Origin: Octopus bimaculoides
Taxonomy: Eukaryota
Assembly: GCF_001194135.2 (NCBI RefSeq)
Contig: NC_068981.1
Location: 39,570,246-39,617,898 of the forward strand
Direction of reading: 5' to 3'
DNA length: 47,653 bases
A model generated the notes under the pieces. The model searched no databases. It saw only the letters and a program-made list of their open reading frames with translations, and was not told the DNA's origin. Of the stretch, positions 24,370 to 34,604 are shown piece after piece. The first letter of the stretch is position 1; each line of letters begins with the position of its first letter. A program made the translations under genes and the position numbers.

Positions 24370-24680
24370 TATTATCTTGCGCCGATTGGTTGCTATTATA
24401 TAATAGTCGGATATTCCGTTCGGAAGCACATTTTTAATACATAAAAAACATTACCAATATTCCAAATCCCTTGAATAATTTATCTCTAATTAGACAGTTT
24501 ACGGTTACAAAATGTATCATAATATACTAACAGAAAATTACGACTAAAGAATAAAGGAAATTACTAGTAAAATACTGACGTATGTTAATCTGTCATAATT
24601 AAATAATTTACATAAACGATTTTCTTCATTTTGTATAAAATGACAATGAAAATACTGTTAATATTTTACGTCCATTTGTG

Positions 24681-24893
24681 AGGCGCCGACCAAGTAGAAT
24701 CGTTAGCACTCCAGGCAAAAACACTTAGCGGTACTTCGTCCGTGTTTATGTTCTGAGTTCAAATTCCGCCGAGTTCGACGTTACCTTTTATCATTTGGGG
24801 TCGACAGAATAAGTACGAGTTGAATACTGGGGTTAATGTAATCCACTTGCCCCTCCTTAAAATTGCTGGCCTTGTGCCAAAATTTGAAACCAA
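24681..24893 (+). mobile_element. tRNA-derived SINE (family B)
   Basis: gtagaatcgttagcactcc...gttctgagttcaaattccgccgag...gccttgtgccaaaatttgaaacc; aatattttac at both 24660-24669 and 24892-24901. Confidence 0.85.
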
Positions 24894-25700
24894 TATTTTA
24901 CATGAATTATTTTGAATGTACAATTCATGTTGTGGGGTTAGAATAACATTTTCAACTATTCAGAAATATAAAATATTTCTTTTTTCCTTTTTACCATATT
25001 TAACTACTAATGTTTATGTCACATAATGAGAATAGGTTTTTATCAAAATTCAATTGAAAATCAATATCTAATGCACATTGTACTGATGCATAATACTACA
25101 ACGTTTTCCCATCATTTCTGATCTAGATTAAGTTATTAATATTATCTCATACTCGTATATTTCAATCTCTTAACCACAGAATGTACACAATACGAAAGCC
25201 TCTTTCCAAAAGTTTCGTGGTATTGCTTTTATAAAAAAGAGTTTAAATATTTCCTAACTCTTGAGAAAATATTTCTTTACACATTCACAGACACAAACAC
25301 AAACATGCATATATATGAGACGCAGAAAGCATTATTGGTATTTTATACTTTAATATACATAAATTTTTCAATGAGTCAACCATCTACTTCCTCAGTATGT
25401 CGTCATACTGAGGCGATAACCAGTTGGCTGTTCTTCTCTGTATAATGTTACTGAGAGTGTGCACTTTTAAACTCACATCGTGTAAGATGTAAAAATTTAA
25501 ATCGCTTACCGAGTCCCAAACGCACTGGCAACATGCGGTGTGCTAACACATTTCCACATGAAACAAATTGTTTCATCTGGAAAAAATGTCGAAAATTATT
25601 CAAGCGAGCCACTCAAGAATGTTGGAATTTGACTCCAATTCGTATACACTCAATTACATATGTATACATACGCGCACGCATGCACGCGCGCGCACACACA

Positions 25701-25890
25701 TTTGACCGTTGACTGAACACTATTCAATTTTTTTTCTCCGTGTTTTTCTCCTTGTCTCCGTATTCTTTCTGTTGAAGAGCGTAGCTCGAAACGTCAAAAA
25801 CTTTCCGTATTCCCGAGCGTCATACTAATATATACTTTTGTTATTTACACCACCTGTCCTCGTCTGTTGTTATTATTTGTATTTTCTCCC
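25701..25890 (+). mobile_element. Short PLE-LTR-like repeat (family C)
   Basis: Second copy of 21594-21780; bounded by microsatellites; contains an HHR-like motif. Confidence 0.65.
25764..25800 (+). ncRNA. Minimal type I hammerhead-like motif with variant core (CUGUUGA)
   Basis: UCUUU-CUGUUGA-A-GAGC[gua]GCUC-GAAAC-GUC/AAAAA. All elements are in hammerhead order but A6 is replaced by U. Confidence 0.5.
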
Positions 25891-25937
25891 ATATATATAT
25901 ATGTATACGTACATGCATATCCACATATACACAAGCA

Positions 25938-25938
25938 A

Positions 25939-26028
<90 letters not shown>
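25938..26028. repeat. (CA)n-(TA)n microsatellite
   Basis: Direct inspection. Confidence 0.95.
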
Positions 26029-26033
<5 letters not shown>

Positions 26034-26044
26034 TATGGGTACAT

Positions 26045-26975
26045 GACGTCACAAAATGTAAACAACATGAAATACGAAAACATGGAATACGAACTTTTTT
26101 ATGCGAACAGCGAAAGAAAGAAAGAAATGGAAAAACAAGACAAGTAACATAAATAACGACCATTCATCAGTTGTCGGCTGTTTTATCTACTCCACATTTC
26201 GAGTAATTACGACAAGATGGGTCTTCGAGGAAACAGTTGCTCCCTCAAGCGACAATAACATTTGAGATTTGCGAAGGGTCAAAGTTGGTAACAAAAACAG
26301 GAAAGTGAAAACAAAACAGTGAAAAACAAACAGTAAGGGCTGCTAAGCTATATCGAGGTGAGGTGGCGAAGGCTGGAGGAACAAACTTTGACAGGAGAAA
26401 AGATAGGAGAGGTGACAGACAAGAACGCGTCTGATCTGTGCGGCAGACAGGAAGGAAGGAAAGCAGCTCAAGCTATGAAAAGAAAGATGGCCGATGGTCA
26501 CGTGTGAGTAACGTCAGAGTAAAGGAGGAAGAATGAGAAAGAGAGAGGGGACAGATAGAAAACGAGCTAGAGATAGGATGAGAGAAAAAACCGAAAGGAG
26601 ATAAGAAGAATTAGAGGAAGGAAGAGAGAGGTAACGAAAGAAGAGAGGGAGAAAGGGAGACAGAGACGGAACAGTACAGGATAGAGTCGCATCGGAATTA
26701 TTAAGATAAAGTTACTTGGAAATGGATGTGTGGCGTTCAATCATATAATAATATTAATAATATATATATTGCATATATACATACATATATGTATATACTT
26801 ACATATATATGTGTGTATATATATATATATACATATATGAGTGCAGGACGTCACAAAACTTTACAAACGTAAACAACATGAAATACTAAAACATGGAATC
26901 CGAACATTTTTATGCGAACAACGGCACATCTTGTCGTAATTGCTCGAAATGTGAAGTAGATAAAACAGCCGACAA
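26045..26975 (-). mobile_element. Probable PLE 3' region with direct plus inverted terminal duplication
   Basis: 26045-26109 repeats at 26847-26920. 26927-26975 is the reverse complement of 26171-26219. The purine-rich + strand at 26380-26690 mirrors the pyrimidine-rich 3' region of the PLE at 17640-17950. Confidence 0.55.
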
Positions 26976-28319
26976 GCAAGGTGGGTGAGGGGTCATGCTT
27001 TAAACTTCAAGTTATGAATTATTTTCTGCATGCAACCTTTCTTCCCTAGTATCCACAATGTTCACTGTTGATGTCATAATATTTAACTATTCTGTTACAC
27101 AGTGGTTGCATTTTTGCCCCGTCCCCCATATTTGCTGGCCTTAGCTATAATCCTCCAATTTATATGGTAGTTGATCACGTTCCTCTCTTTCAACTAATTG
27201 CTGCGTATATCTCTTCTTGAAGGGTTCTTCATTCATACTCGCGAACGGGCTAGAATTGCTACTTGGTTAAGATTAACTCATATTCTAACATAATTAATTT
27301 CTACTGCTTATTGCAGCTTTTATTGTCTTGATATTACATTGATATCTTTGATTTCAGAAATAGACTTCTGATTATATGAACAAATTTTTAAAAATCGAAA
27401 CATTTCGCTAAAATTGTTGACACACCCCTAGTTTACGAGCGTTCATTCGTACGTACCTTGTTCAATCATTTGTGATCCCCTTGTCTGATGGGATCGCCTC
27501 TGGAAGCTTCCAGATTACTTAGATTTATCAATGTTATATGCTATACACTTAAATATACATTGAGTTACTCTGTGAAACTTATATAATTTGCAGATTCTGT
27601 TATAAAGGAATTAACAACTTCTGTAATGAAGAAGAAAATTGTACAAATAATATACTCGATAAATCTCTTTAACAACACGTAAAGTTTTATTCCTGCTCTT
27701 TAATAAAGAAGTATTGATTTACATATAAGAGTAATTAATCAGCTTAGATTATGTTAAACATCAAGGTATATACGTTATACGTGCTTTTCTTATCTCTTGC
27801 TAGCAGCAATTGTAGAGGCAAGTATTTGCTTTCATTTCGAGAACTTTTGATTTATCGTGTTTAATTATCTCATAGACACAAGTTAAAGAATATTAAGACA
27901 ACTCCTTATTGTAACTTACCGTCTTTTGTTTCATCAAAAATCTAAGACAGCACTAGCTTCTATTTTTGTGCGTTTTGATCCGCGCAAAAATTCGATGAGA
28001 TATAGAATAATTTGGTTATAAAATAGACACATATGAGAGAGAAAATCACAAAGTGCAAATATGTCGAGTTAATACACCAAGCATCACATGAAATATAATA
28101 TTTGTATAATTATGGACACACGGGACTTACAAAGATATTACACACGCAGATATACACATGTACACATACGTACATCCAGAAACATCTGTATGCATGTTTG
28201 AGTGTATATTTATACACATAACTGCCTACCTAAATGTGTGTATATGTGTGTTTGTGCCTGTCTGTGTACGTAAATGCATATATATGATGAAATTGAACAA
28301 AAAAAACTGATACAATTTA

Positions 28320-28430
28320 CACCAGGTTTTAATATAAATACTGAAGTCGATTGATCCGACTAAAAATTCTCCAAGGCGGTGCCCCAGTATGGCTGCAGTC
28401 TAATAGCTAAAGCAAGAAAAAGATAAAAGA
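28320..28430 (+). mobile_element. 3' tail fragment of SINE family A
   Basis: gaagtcgattgatccgactaa...aaggcggtgccccagtatggctgcagtctaatagctaaagcaagaaaaagataaaaga. Confidence 0.7.
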
Positions 28431-28500
28431 TAATATGTGTATGAGTGTGTCTGCGTGTGTATGTGTATCTCGTTGTTTACGTATTTAACTCGTTTGTCTA

Positions 28501-28534
28501 TATATAGATAGGTAGAGAGAGAGAGAGAGAGAGG

Positions 28535-28584
<50 letters not shown>
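28501..28584. repeat. (GA)n microsatellite
   Basis: Direct inspection. Confidence 0.9.
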
Positions 28585-28590
<6 letters not shown>

Positions 28591-29278
28591 CTCTGACACA
28601 GTCCACCTATAATCAAATGAAAACTGCCCAACTGATCGGCATGAAGTCGTTCGCCGACACATTCCGACCGAAGGCCTATAGATGTGCTGTCTAATCTCTC
28701 TGCTTTTTCTAGAACAATTAGAATGACCTCAGCGATTCACAGCTGTTTGATCATGAGCCACATTCTTTGAAGCTCTCCAAATTCACTCATCACTCCCAAT
28801 CATGTATCCATTTCCATCCTTAAGCCCGTCACCAATCTCTTTCCTAGTTTTCCCCACTTCCAATCTCCAGAACTTGATACTCTTAAATTCCCACAAATTT
28901 TAGCTTTCGGAATATCCCACAACCACCATGAATATAACCTTCTGTTTTAAACTAGAGCAAATTAAAAGAAATCACCATAGCCGAGGTCATCTCGACTTTT
29001 TCATACTGAACTGCATTTTACAGTTTGTTTCACTTCAAAGAATGTAGCATGTAATCTAAGGGAGATTTGGTTGCTATTTCTAGCTCACTGAGTGCCTTCG
29101 TGGAACGCACACATGCTATTTATCTAAGAATTCAGCAATAACTGTCATATGTCAGAGACTTACAAATGTTTAATATAATCTTCATACATTTTTATATCTA
29201 TATCCATTACGTTATATTTATATCTAGCTGGGGTGCAAATTCTTTCATGTTCCACTTGACCTGTATAATATTTTTGTA

Positions 29279-29472
29279 CTGAGCAAGGCGGGCAAAATGC
29301 TTAGCGACATTTCGTCCGTTTTCTGAGTTCAAATTCCGCTGAAGTTGACTTTGCTTTTCATCGTGTAGGGATTGATAAGATAAGTACCAGTACCAGTTGA
29401 AAACTGAGTCGATGTAATCGACTTAACCCCACCCCTAAAATTACTAGCCTTTTGCCAAAATTTGAAATCATT
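29279..29472 (+). mobile_element. tRNA-derived SINE (family B), 5'-degenerate
   Basis: aaaatgcttagcgacatttcgtccg...ctgagttcaaattccgctgaagttgactttgc...gataagataagtaccag...gccttttgccaaaatttgaaa. Confidence 0.8.
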
Positions 29473-30391
29473 ATTTATTTATCCATCACCAATGTTCAGT
29501 CAGTTGTTGTTGTATGTCCGCAATCAAGCATTTTCTAGTATTTCTAGAGAGTTTAAATAGCATGCAAGTAGTCCTTCGAACTACAAAGCACGATGCACAT
29601 ATCCATCTTCCCATTTACACCATACCTCTGTAATCATATGTAATGATGAATCATACAACCTGGACATATTGCATTCTTTCCCTCCACAAACTGCTGCTGG
29701 TCACAGCTGAGACATGATCTCGCTTTCCTGCTATGTTTCCTGGCATTTCATTTTTAAGTCAGTGGGATTGTATCTGAAGAAGATTCAATAGCAATTTGAT
29801 GGTTAGAGGAACTCTTAATGGCTGCCTTGGCAGATGCTGTAGCTGTTATTTCAGATAGGACTTCTTTCGTCCTGCATGAGTTTTCCTCCAAGGAAGCTTC
29901 TAGCTAAAACTTGCCCTAACGAAATACTTGCAGATTATATAATGTAACTGAAGTATTTGAGAAAGCCAATTCCATTAGTATAGAATATGTTCCTGGAAGT
30001 ATTATAGTTTTCCGTGATGTAAGTTTTCTTGAAATAGCGTACAACCATGAAGAAACGTATCTTAACATCTCTTCTGGAAAATGGAAAAGCAATCAAGTAT
30101 TAAATCAGAATTGGAGCTGACAAGTTTTGGTATGTAAAAGAAACTAGAGAGATAAGGAAATAATTAAAAGGTTTGCAAAGAAGCAAAATCCGAAACGATA
30201 ATTTCTTTTTCATTTTTCAAATAAGTTTCTATGATGAATGAAATCATGGTGGTATCCGCTCCAGTATGAATATTTCAGACGGTTTCATTTCTTCGAAGTT
30301 GCATTCATTAAGTATAAATTGGTTATTTCAATATAAACCTGTCGAATTTGAGAACAGTGAAACGGCTGTCTCATCGAGTCTGTCATTTCAG

Positions 30392-30555
30392 GGACCAGTC
30401 GACCCCAGTACGCAACTGGCTCTTAATTTATCGAACCCGAGAGGACGAAAGGCAAAGTCGACTTCAGCGGAATTTGAACTCAGAACGTAAAGATAGACGA
30501 AATACCGCTAAGCATTTCGCCCGGCGTGCTAATGTTTTTGCCAGCTCACCGCCTT
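30392..30555 (-). mobile_element. tRNA-derived SINE (family B), 3'-truncated
   Basis: Reverse complement ggcggtgagctggcaaaaacattagcacgccgggcgaaatgcttagcggtatttcgtctatctttacgttctgagttcaaattccgctgaagtcgac. Confidence 0.88.
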
Positions 30556-31104
30556 TCTCCAGTGTATTTATAACAGTTGACAAAGTAACTTTGAAGAGAA
30601 CAGTAGTTAATAGATTGTCTCTTTTGATTTAATTATGCCGATACAGAATAAACATTATTGACGACACATTTATATATTTGATTTAGCATATCTAAAAAAT
30701 ATGCTACTTGAAATATATAAAAGTTATAAATATCCAGTTTCACTAGTGAAATGCTTCGTATAAAATTGTTGTATTTGTTTGTTGAATATAAAACAAAATT
30801 CTACATTGTTCTAAATGAGTTTGTCGGTGTCTAGAAGACATCTCTAAACTCATGCTTTTTAAATTGTGTTTCTAATTTGATGTAGCTCGAAGATATGTAT
30901 TACAAATGCGCGCTTTTAATCTGCCATTCTTCTTAATCATAATTTCTTTCATGTCTGTCAGAACGGAACATGTAAGTGCCTATAAATCAAGAGGAATACT
31001 AATATTATTTTGTAGAAGTAAATCGATGTTTGCAAATAACTTAATCTTACATTATTTCCATTATTTACATTTGACGGATATTTGTCCTCATCGTGTTTGT
31101 TATT

Positions 31105-31150
31105 AACACAACGTTTCGGCTGATATACCTTCCAGCCTTCATCAGGTGTC
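31105..31150 (-). ncRNA. Minimal type I hammerhead ribozyme motif (PLE-type), intact core
   Basis: GACAC-CUGAUGA-A-GGCUG[gaagguauau]CAGCC-GAAAC-GUU/GUGUU. Stem I 5 bp, stem II 5 bp, palindromic ACGU stem III, extra A after A9. Confidence 0.8.
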
Positions 31151-31199
31151 TTGGGGAAATTTCGAACCTGGGTTCTCATTCGTAAGGTATTTTTGGATG

Positions 31200-31230
<31 letters not shown>

Positions 31231-31234
<4 letters not shown>

Positions 31235-31433
31235 TAGTTTTATTTTTATAACGTGCTTTCACTTCACTACCGAGCGCAGCTCTGTGCGCCTTGGGTATGT
31301 GCTGTGGTTTGCTGTGGTGCTCTTATGTTTACTGTATTGAAAGTGTTTTGCGTAGAATGTGTGCAGTACCCAGTAGTGCAATTTTCTGTATGTTATATAT
31401 ATTTGTAAGTCCTGGTGTTTTTGTTATGTATTT
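31231..31433 (-). mobile_element. R4/Dong-clade LINE 3' end inserted in (TAA)n
   Basis: Identical to 47334-47536 except one base. Encodes ...IQKIALLGTAHILRKTLSIQ* and ends in (AAT)n (31202-31232 on + as TTA). Confidence 0.8.
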
Positions 31434-32012
31434 NNNNNNNNNNNNNNNNNNNNNNNNNNNNNNNNNNNNNNNNNNNNNNNNNNNNNNNNNNNNNNNNNNN
31501 NNNNNNNNNNNNNNNNNNNNNNNNNNNNNNNNNNNNNNNNNNNNNNNNNNNNNNNNNNNNNNNNNNNNNNNNNNNNNNNNNNNNNNNNNNNNNNNNNNNN
31601 NNNNNNNNNNNNNNNNNNNNNNNNNNNNNNNNNNNNNNNNNNNNNNNNNNNNNNNNNNNNNNNNNNNNNNNNNNNNNNNNNNNNNNNNNNNNNNNNNNNN
31701 NNNNNNNNNNNNNNNNNNNNNNNNNNNNNNNNNNNNNNNNNNNNNNNNNNNNNNNNNNNNNNNNNNNNNNNNNNNNNNNNNNNNNNNNNNNNNNNNNNNN
31801 NNNNNNNNNNNNNNNNNNNNNNNNNNNNNNNNNNNNNNNNNNNNNNNNNNNNNNNNNNNNNNNNNNNNNNNNNNNNNNNNNNNNNNNNNNNNNNNNNNNN
31901 NNNNNNNNNNNNNNNNNNNNNNNNNNNNNNNNNNNNNNNGGTCACTGCCTGGAATCGAACTCGGAATCTTGGGGATAGTAACCCGCGCTCTTAACCACTA
32001 CGTCATATGCCC

Positions 32013-32259
32013 ATGGCGTAATGGTTAAGAGCGCGGGCTATTAACCCCAAAATTCCGAGTTCGATTCCAGGCAGTGACCTGAATAATAATAATATTAATA
32101 ATGATAACATCGAAAAATACCTTAGAAATGAGAACCCAGGTTCGAAAGTTCTCCAAGACACTTGATGAAGGCTGGAGGATATATCAGCCGAAACGTTGTG
32201 TTAACAACAAACAAGATGAGGACAAATATCCGTCAAATGTAAATTATGTAAATAATGTA
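32013..32259 (+). mobile_element. Composite tRNA-head/(TAA)n/HHR-tail element, right copy (uninterrupted)
   Basis: A-box TGGCGTAATGG 32014-32024, B-box AGTTCGATTCC 32058-32068, AAT-rich linker 32082-32105, HHR motif 32157-32202. Confidence 0.8.
32157..32202 (+). ncRNA. Minimal type I hammerhead motif with C3-to-U core substitution
   Basis: GACAC-UUGAUGA-A-GGCUG[gaggauauau]CAGCC-GAAAC-GUU/GUGUU. Confidence 0.7.
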
Positions 32260-32499
32260 CATAATTTCTTATTTCTTAAATATAGAACCAACTTAATCTT
32301 GTCAAAAATAAAAGTATAAGTGTGTCTAACTAGGGACAATTATGTCTCAGACAAAAAGACAACAAAGTAACGCGTAAATTGTGCCAGGTTAATATTTTGT
32401 GTGTCAGGAATTGAAGAAGATACCTAAAAATTGTAACATGTCACAACACTTTAGTTAAAAACAATTAAAATGAGGTGATCCTAACCTTCAGCGCGTGAC

Positions 32500-33060
32500 C
32501 TATATGCAGCTTAGACAGCTTACAACAAACTCGTTATGGTTCCGTGAAGAAATATTGGAAACATTATTCATTTTTGCCAATCTTGTGCTCTTTAGTAGCA
32601 TAGTCACCATCGCTACATCTACCAAGAAAGCATTATCGTACCCCATCCTCCCAAACTTGAACCTTTAAAACCGATGCATAAGCTAGGATTAACCATTAGT
32701 GAGGATCTCTGATATACCTTCTGACGAATGCACATCTTCATCATAACTATGATAACATTATATTGGCTAATAATTCTCCTCTGGCCTGAAAAATACTGAG
32801 AACAACAAAATCATTAAACCTGTACAAAACGTATGTGAATCCGATAGTGGAATACTACTTTCGTTTCATGTTTGTCCCCCATATTATGTCCATGCTACCC
32901 ATACAAATCACTAAGCTCAGTACCCCTCTCCTTAAATGTCAATCCCTTGGCTGGGTAACGTACACGATTCCCCTACAGCCATCTACTGACAACTATACCA
33001 AGTAAACGTTTTGTGAATCTCACAGTGAACCGTCAAGATAACGGGCTCTGCCCCTCTCTT
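32500..33060 (+). mobile_element. Decayed CR1/L2-type LINE RT C-terminal remnant
   Basis: LGLTISEDL at about 32683 and LNLYKTYVNPIVEYY at 32814-32858, matching DLGV...DL and LYKTYVRPILEY motifs. Confidence 0.55.
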
Positions 33061-33759
33061 TAGATCAAATCTGGAAAAAAGGAATGTAACTATTGACATT
33101 GAAATAAATACCGGTAATCATGACTGTGTCTCAAACAACGAATTTTCATAAAGTTAAAATACAGCTAATAGTTTTTGTAATGTCAACAGCGCAACATAAG
33201 TGAATGGCTAAAATGATGGCTTCACATTTATGTCATGATATATTGAGAACTCTCGAAAATATTTATAGAATATATCAACTAACATTTTAAGGAAAGTTCC
33301 GTAGCAGATTGTATAATCATTTTGCGATCCAAATTACAATATAGAATGCAATTATTTCTATGTAAATTTTATTTGGTATCCTGTTCTCTTTCGTTTAACC
33401 AAACTCATTTTATGATAACGTTATTATAACAGAGAAATGTAATTCAATCGAACGCAAATAGAGTTATAAACATATATCGAGTAGACTTTCTCATACATTC
33501 GTGTTATTCTATTTACTAAGAAATAATCTCTTTCCTCGTACATATTGCATTTTAATACATCAGAGTGATAATACCAGATACTTTTACATTATTATGTGGT
33601 AAAGTAGCACATTACTGTTTTGCGGACAGCTTTCTGGATTGCTGTCTAGTCCATCCTTAACGTTCAATAATTATTAGTTTTCAGCCTCTTGTCTGCTTTA
33701 TACACATATTCTACTACCATACATTTCAGCAACAGCTAATGTAAAATGACCAATATATT

Positions 33760-34098
33760 TATCTTTTATTTGTTTCAATCATTCAACTGCGACACAGTCT
33801 TGAAGAGTTTAGTCGAACAAATCGAACCGAGTAACTATTATTTTAAAATCTGGTACTTATTCAATGGTGTGAACTGCTAATTTACGGGGATGTAAACAAA
33901 CCAGCACCGGTTGCCACACAGGCGTAAGGGACAAACAAATACACACACACACACACACATATACCAAGGACTTCTTTCAGTTTCCGTTTACTTGGGGTCA
34001 TAACTGAAGTCATTTGCCCAAATTATCACGCTGTGGTACTGAGCCCAGAACCATGTGGCTGGGAAGCAAACTTCTTACCACTCTGCCACGCCTGCACC
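33760..34098 (-). mobile_element. Full-length tRNA/CORE-type SINE (family A) with 10-bp TSD-like flanks
   Basis: Minus-strand head ggtgcaggcgtggcagagtggtaagaagtttgcttcccagccacatggttctgggctcagtacc; CORE-like ttgggcaaatgacttc; internal (TG)n; accaatatat at 33749-33758 and 34106-34115. Confidence 0.85.
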
Positions 34099-34213
34099 TA
34101 TATCAACCAATATATCATCATGAATATAAATTAGGATCTTAGTGAATTCTGATCCTTTATCAAAACTTTTGGTCGTTGGTATCATGGATATATATCACGG
34201 AGTGATATATATT

Positions 34214-34424
34214 GGTTTGGAAATTTAACAAGACCAGTAATTGAAGGGGCCAAGTGAGGCGCTAAGTCGATTACATCGACTCCAGTGCTCAAACTGCTAC
34301 ATATTTCATGGACCCCAAAACGATGAAAGACAAAGTCGATCTCCGCAGAATTTGAACTCAGAACGGGACGAAATGTCTCTAAGCATTTTGTCCGGCATGT
34401 TAACGATTCTGCCAATTCGCTGCC
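34214..34424 (-). mobile_element. tRNA-derived SINE (family B) with 12-bp TSD
   Basis: Reverse complement ggcagcgaattggcagaatcgttaacatgccggac...gttctgagttcaaattctgcggag; gtgatatatatt at 34202-34213 and 34433-34444. Confidence 0.88.
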
Positions 34425-34544
34425 TTCTCAGGGTGATATATATATTAACATTTATTTATATATATTTAGATTTATTCACAATTTTCCAGAGATACGATCT
34501 AACTTGAATCTACGTACATCTGATGTGTATGTGTATTAGTGTGC

Positions 34545-34595
<51 letters not shown>

Positions 34596-34604
34596 TGCGT
34601 GCGT
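34545..34604. repeat. (TG)n microsatellite
   Basis: Direct inspection. Confidence 0.95.

Larger units (their letters stand above)
31048..32006 (-). mobile_element. Composite tRNA-head/(TAA)n/HHR-tail element, left copy, interrupted by Dong LINE and gap
   Basis: Head 31940-32006 and tail 31048-31200 are reverse complements of the right copy 32013-32259. Confidence 0.7.

Noticed and set aside
29640-30090. Minus-strand reading frame of about 100 codons broken by two TAGs, behind a good acceptor (ttttccag)
   Set aside because: No recognisable homology; in-frame stops; compatible with chance.
31940-32079. Possible genuine tRNA genes
   Set aside because: The 5' acceptor strand is missing, the T-stem is mismatched and the anticodon loops differ between copies (att vs act). 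These are SINE-type heads, not tRNAs.
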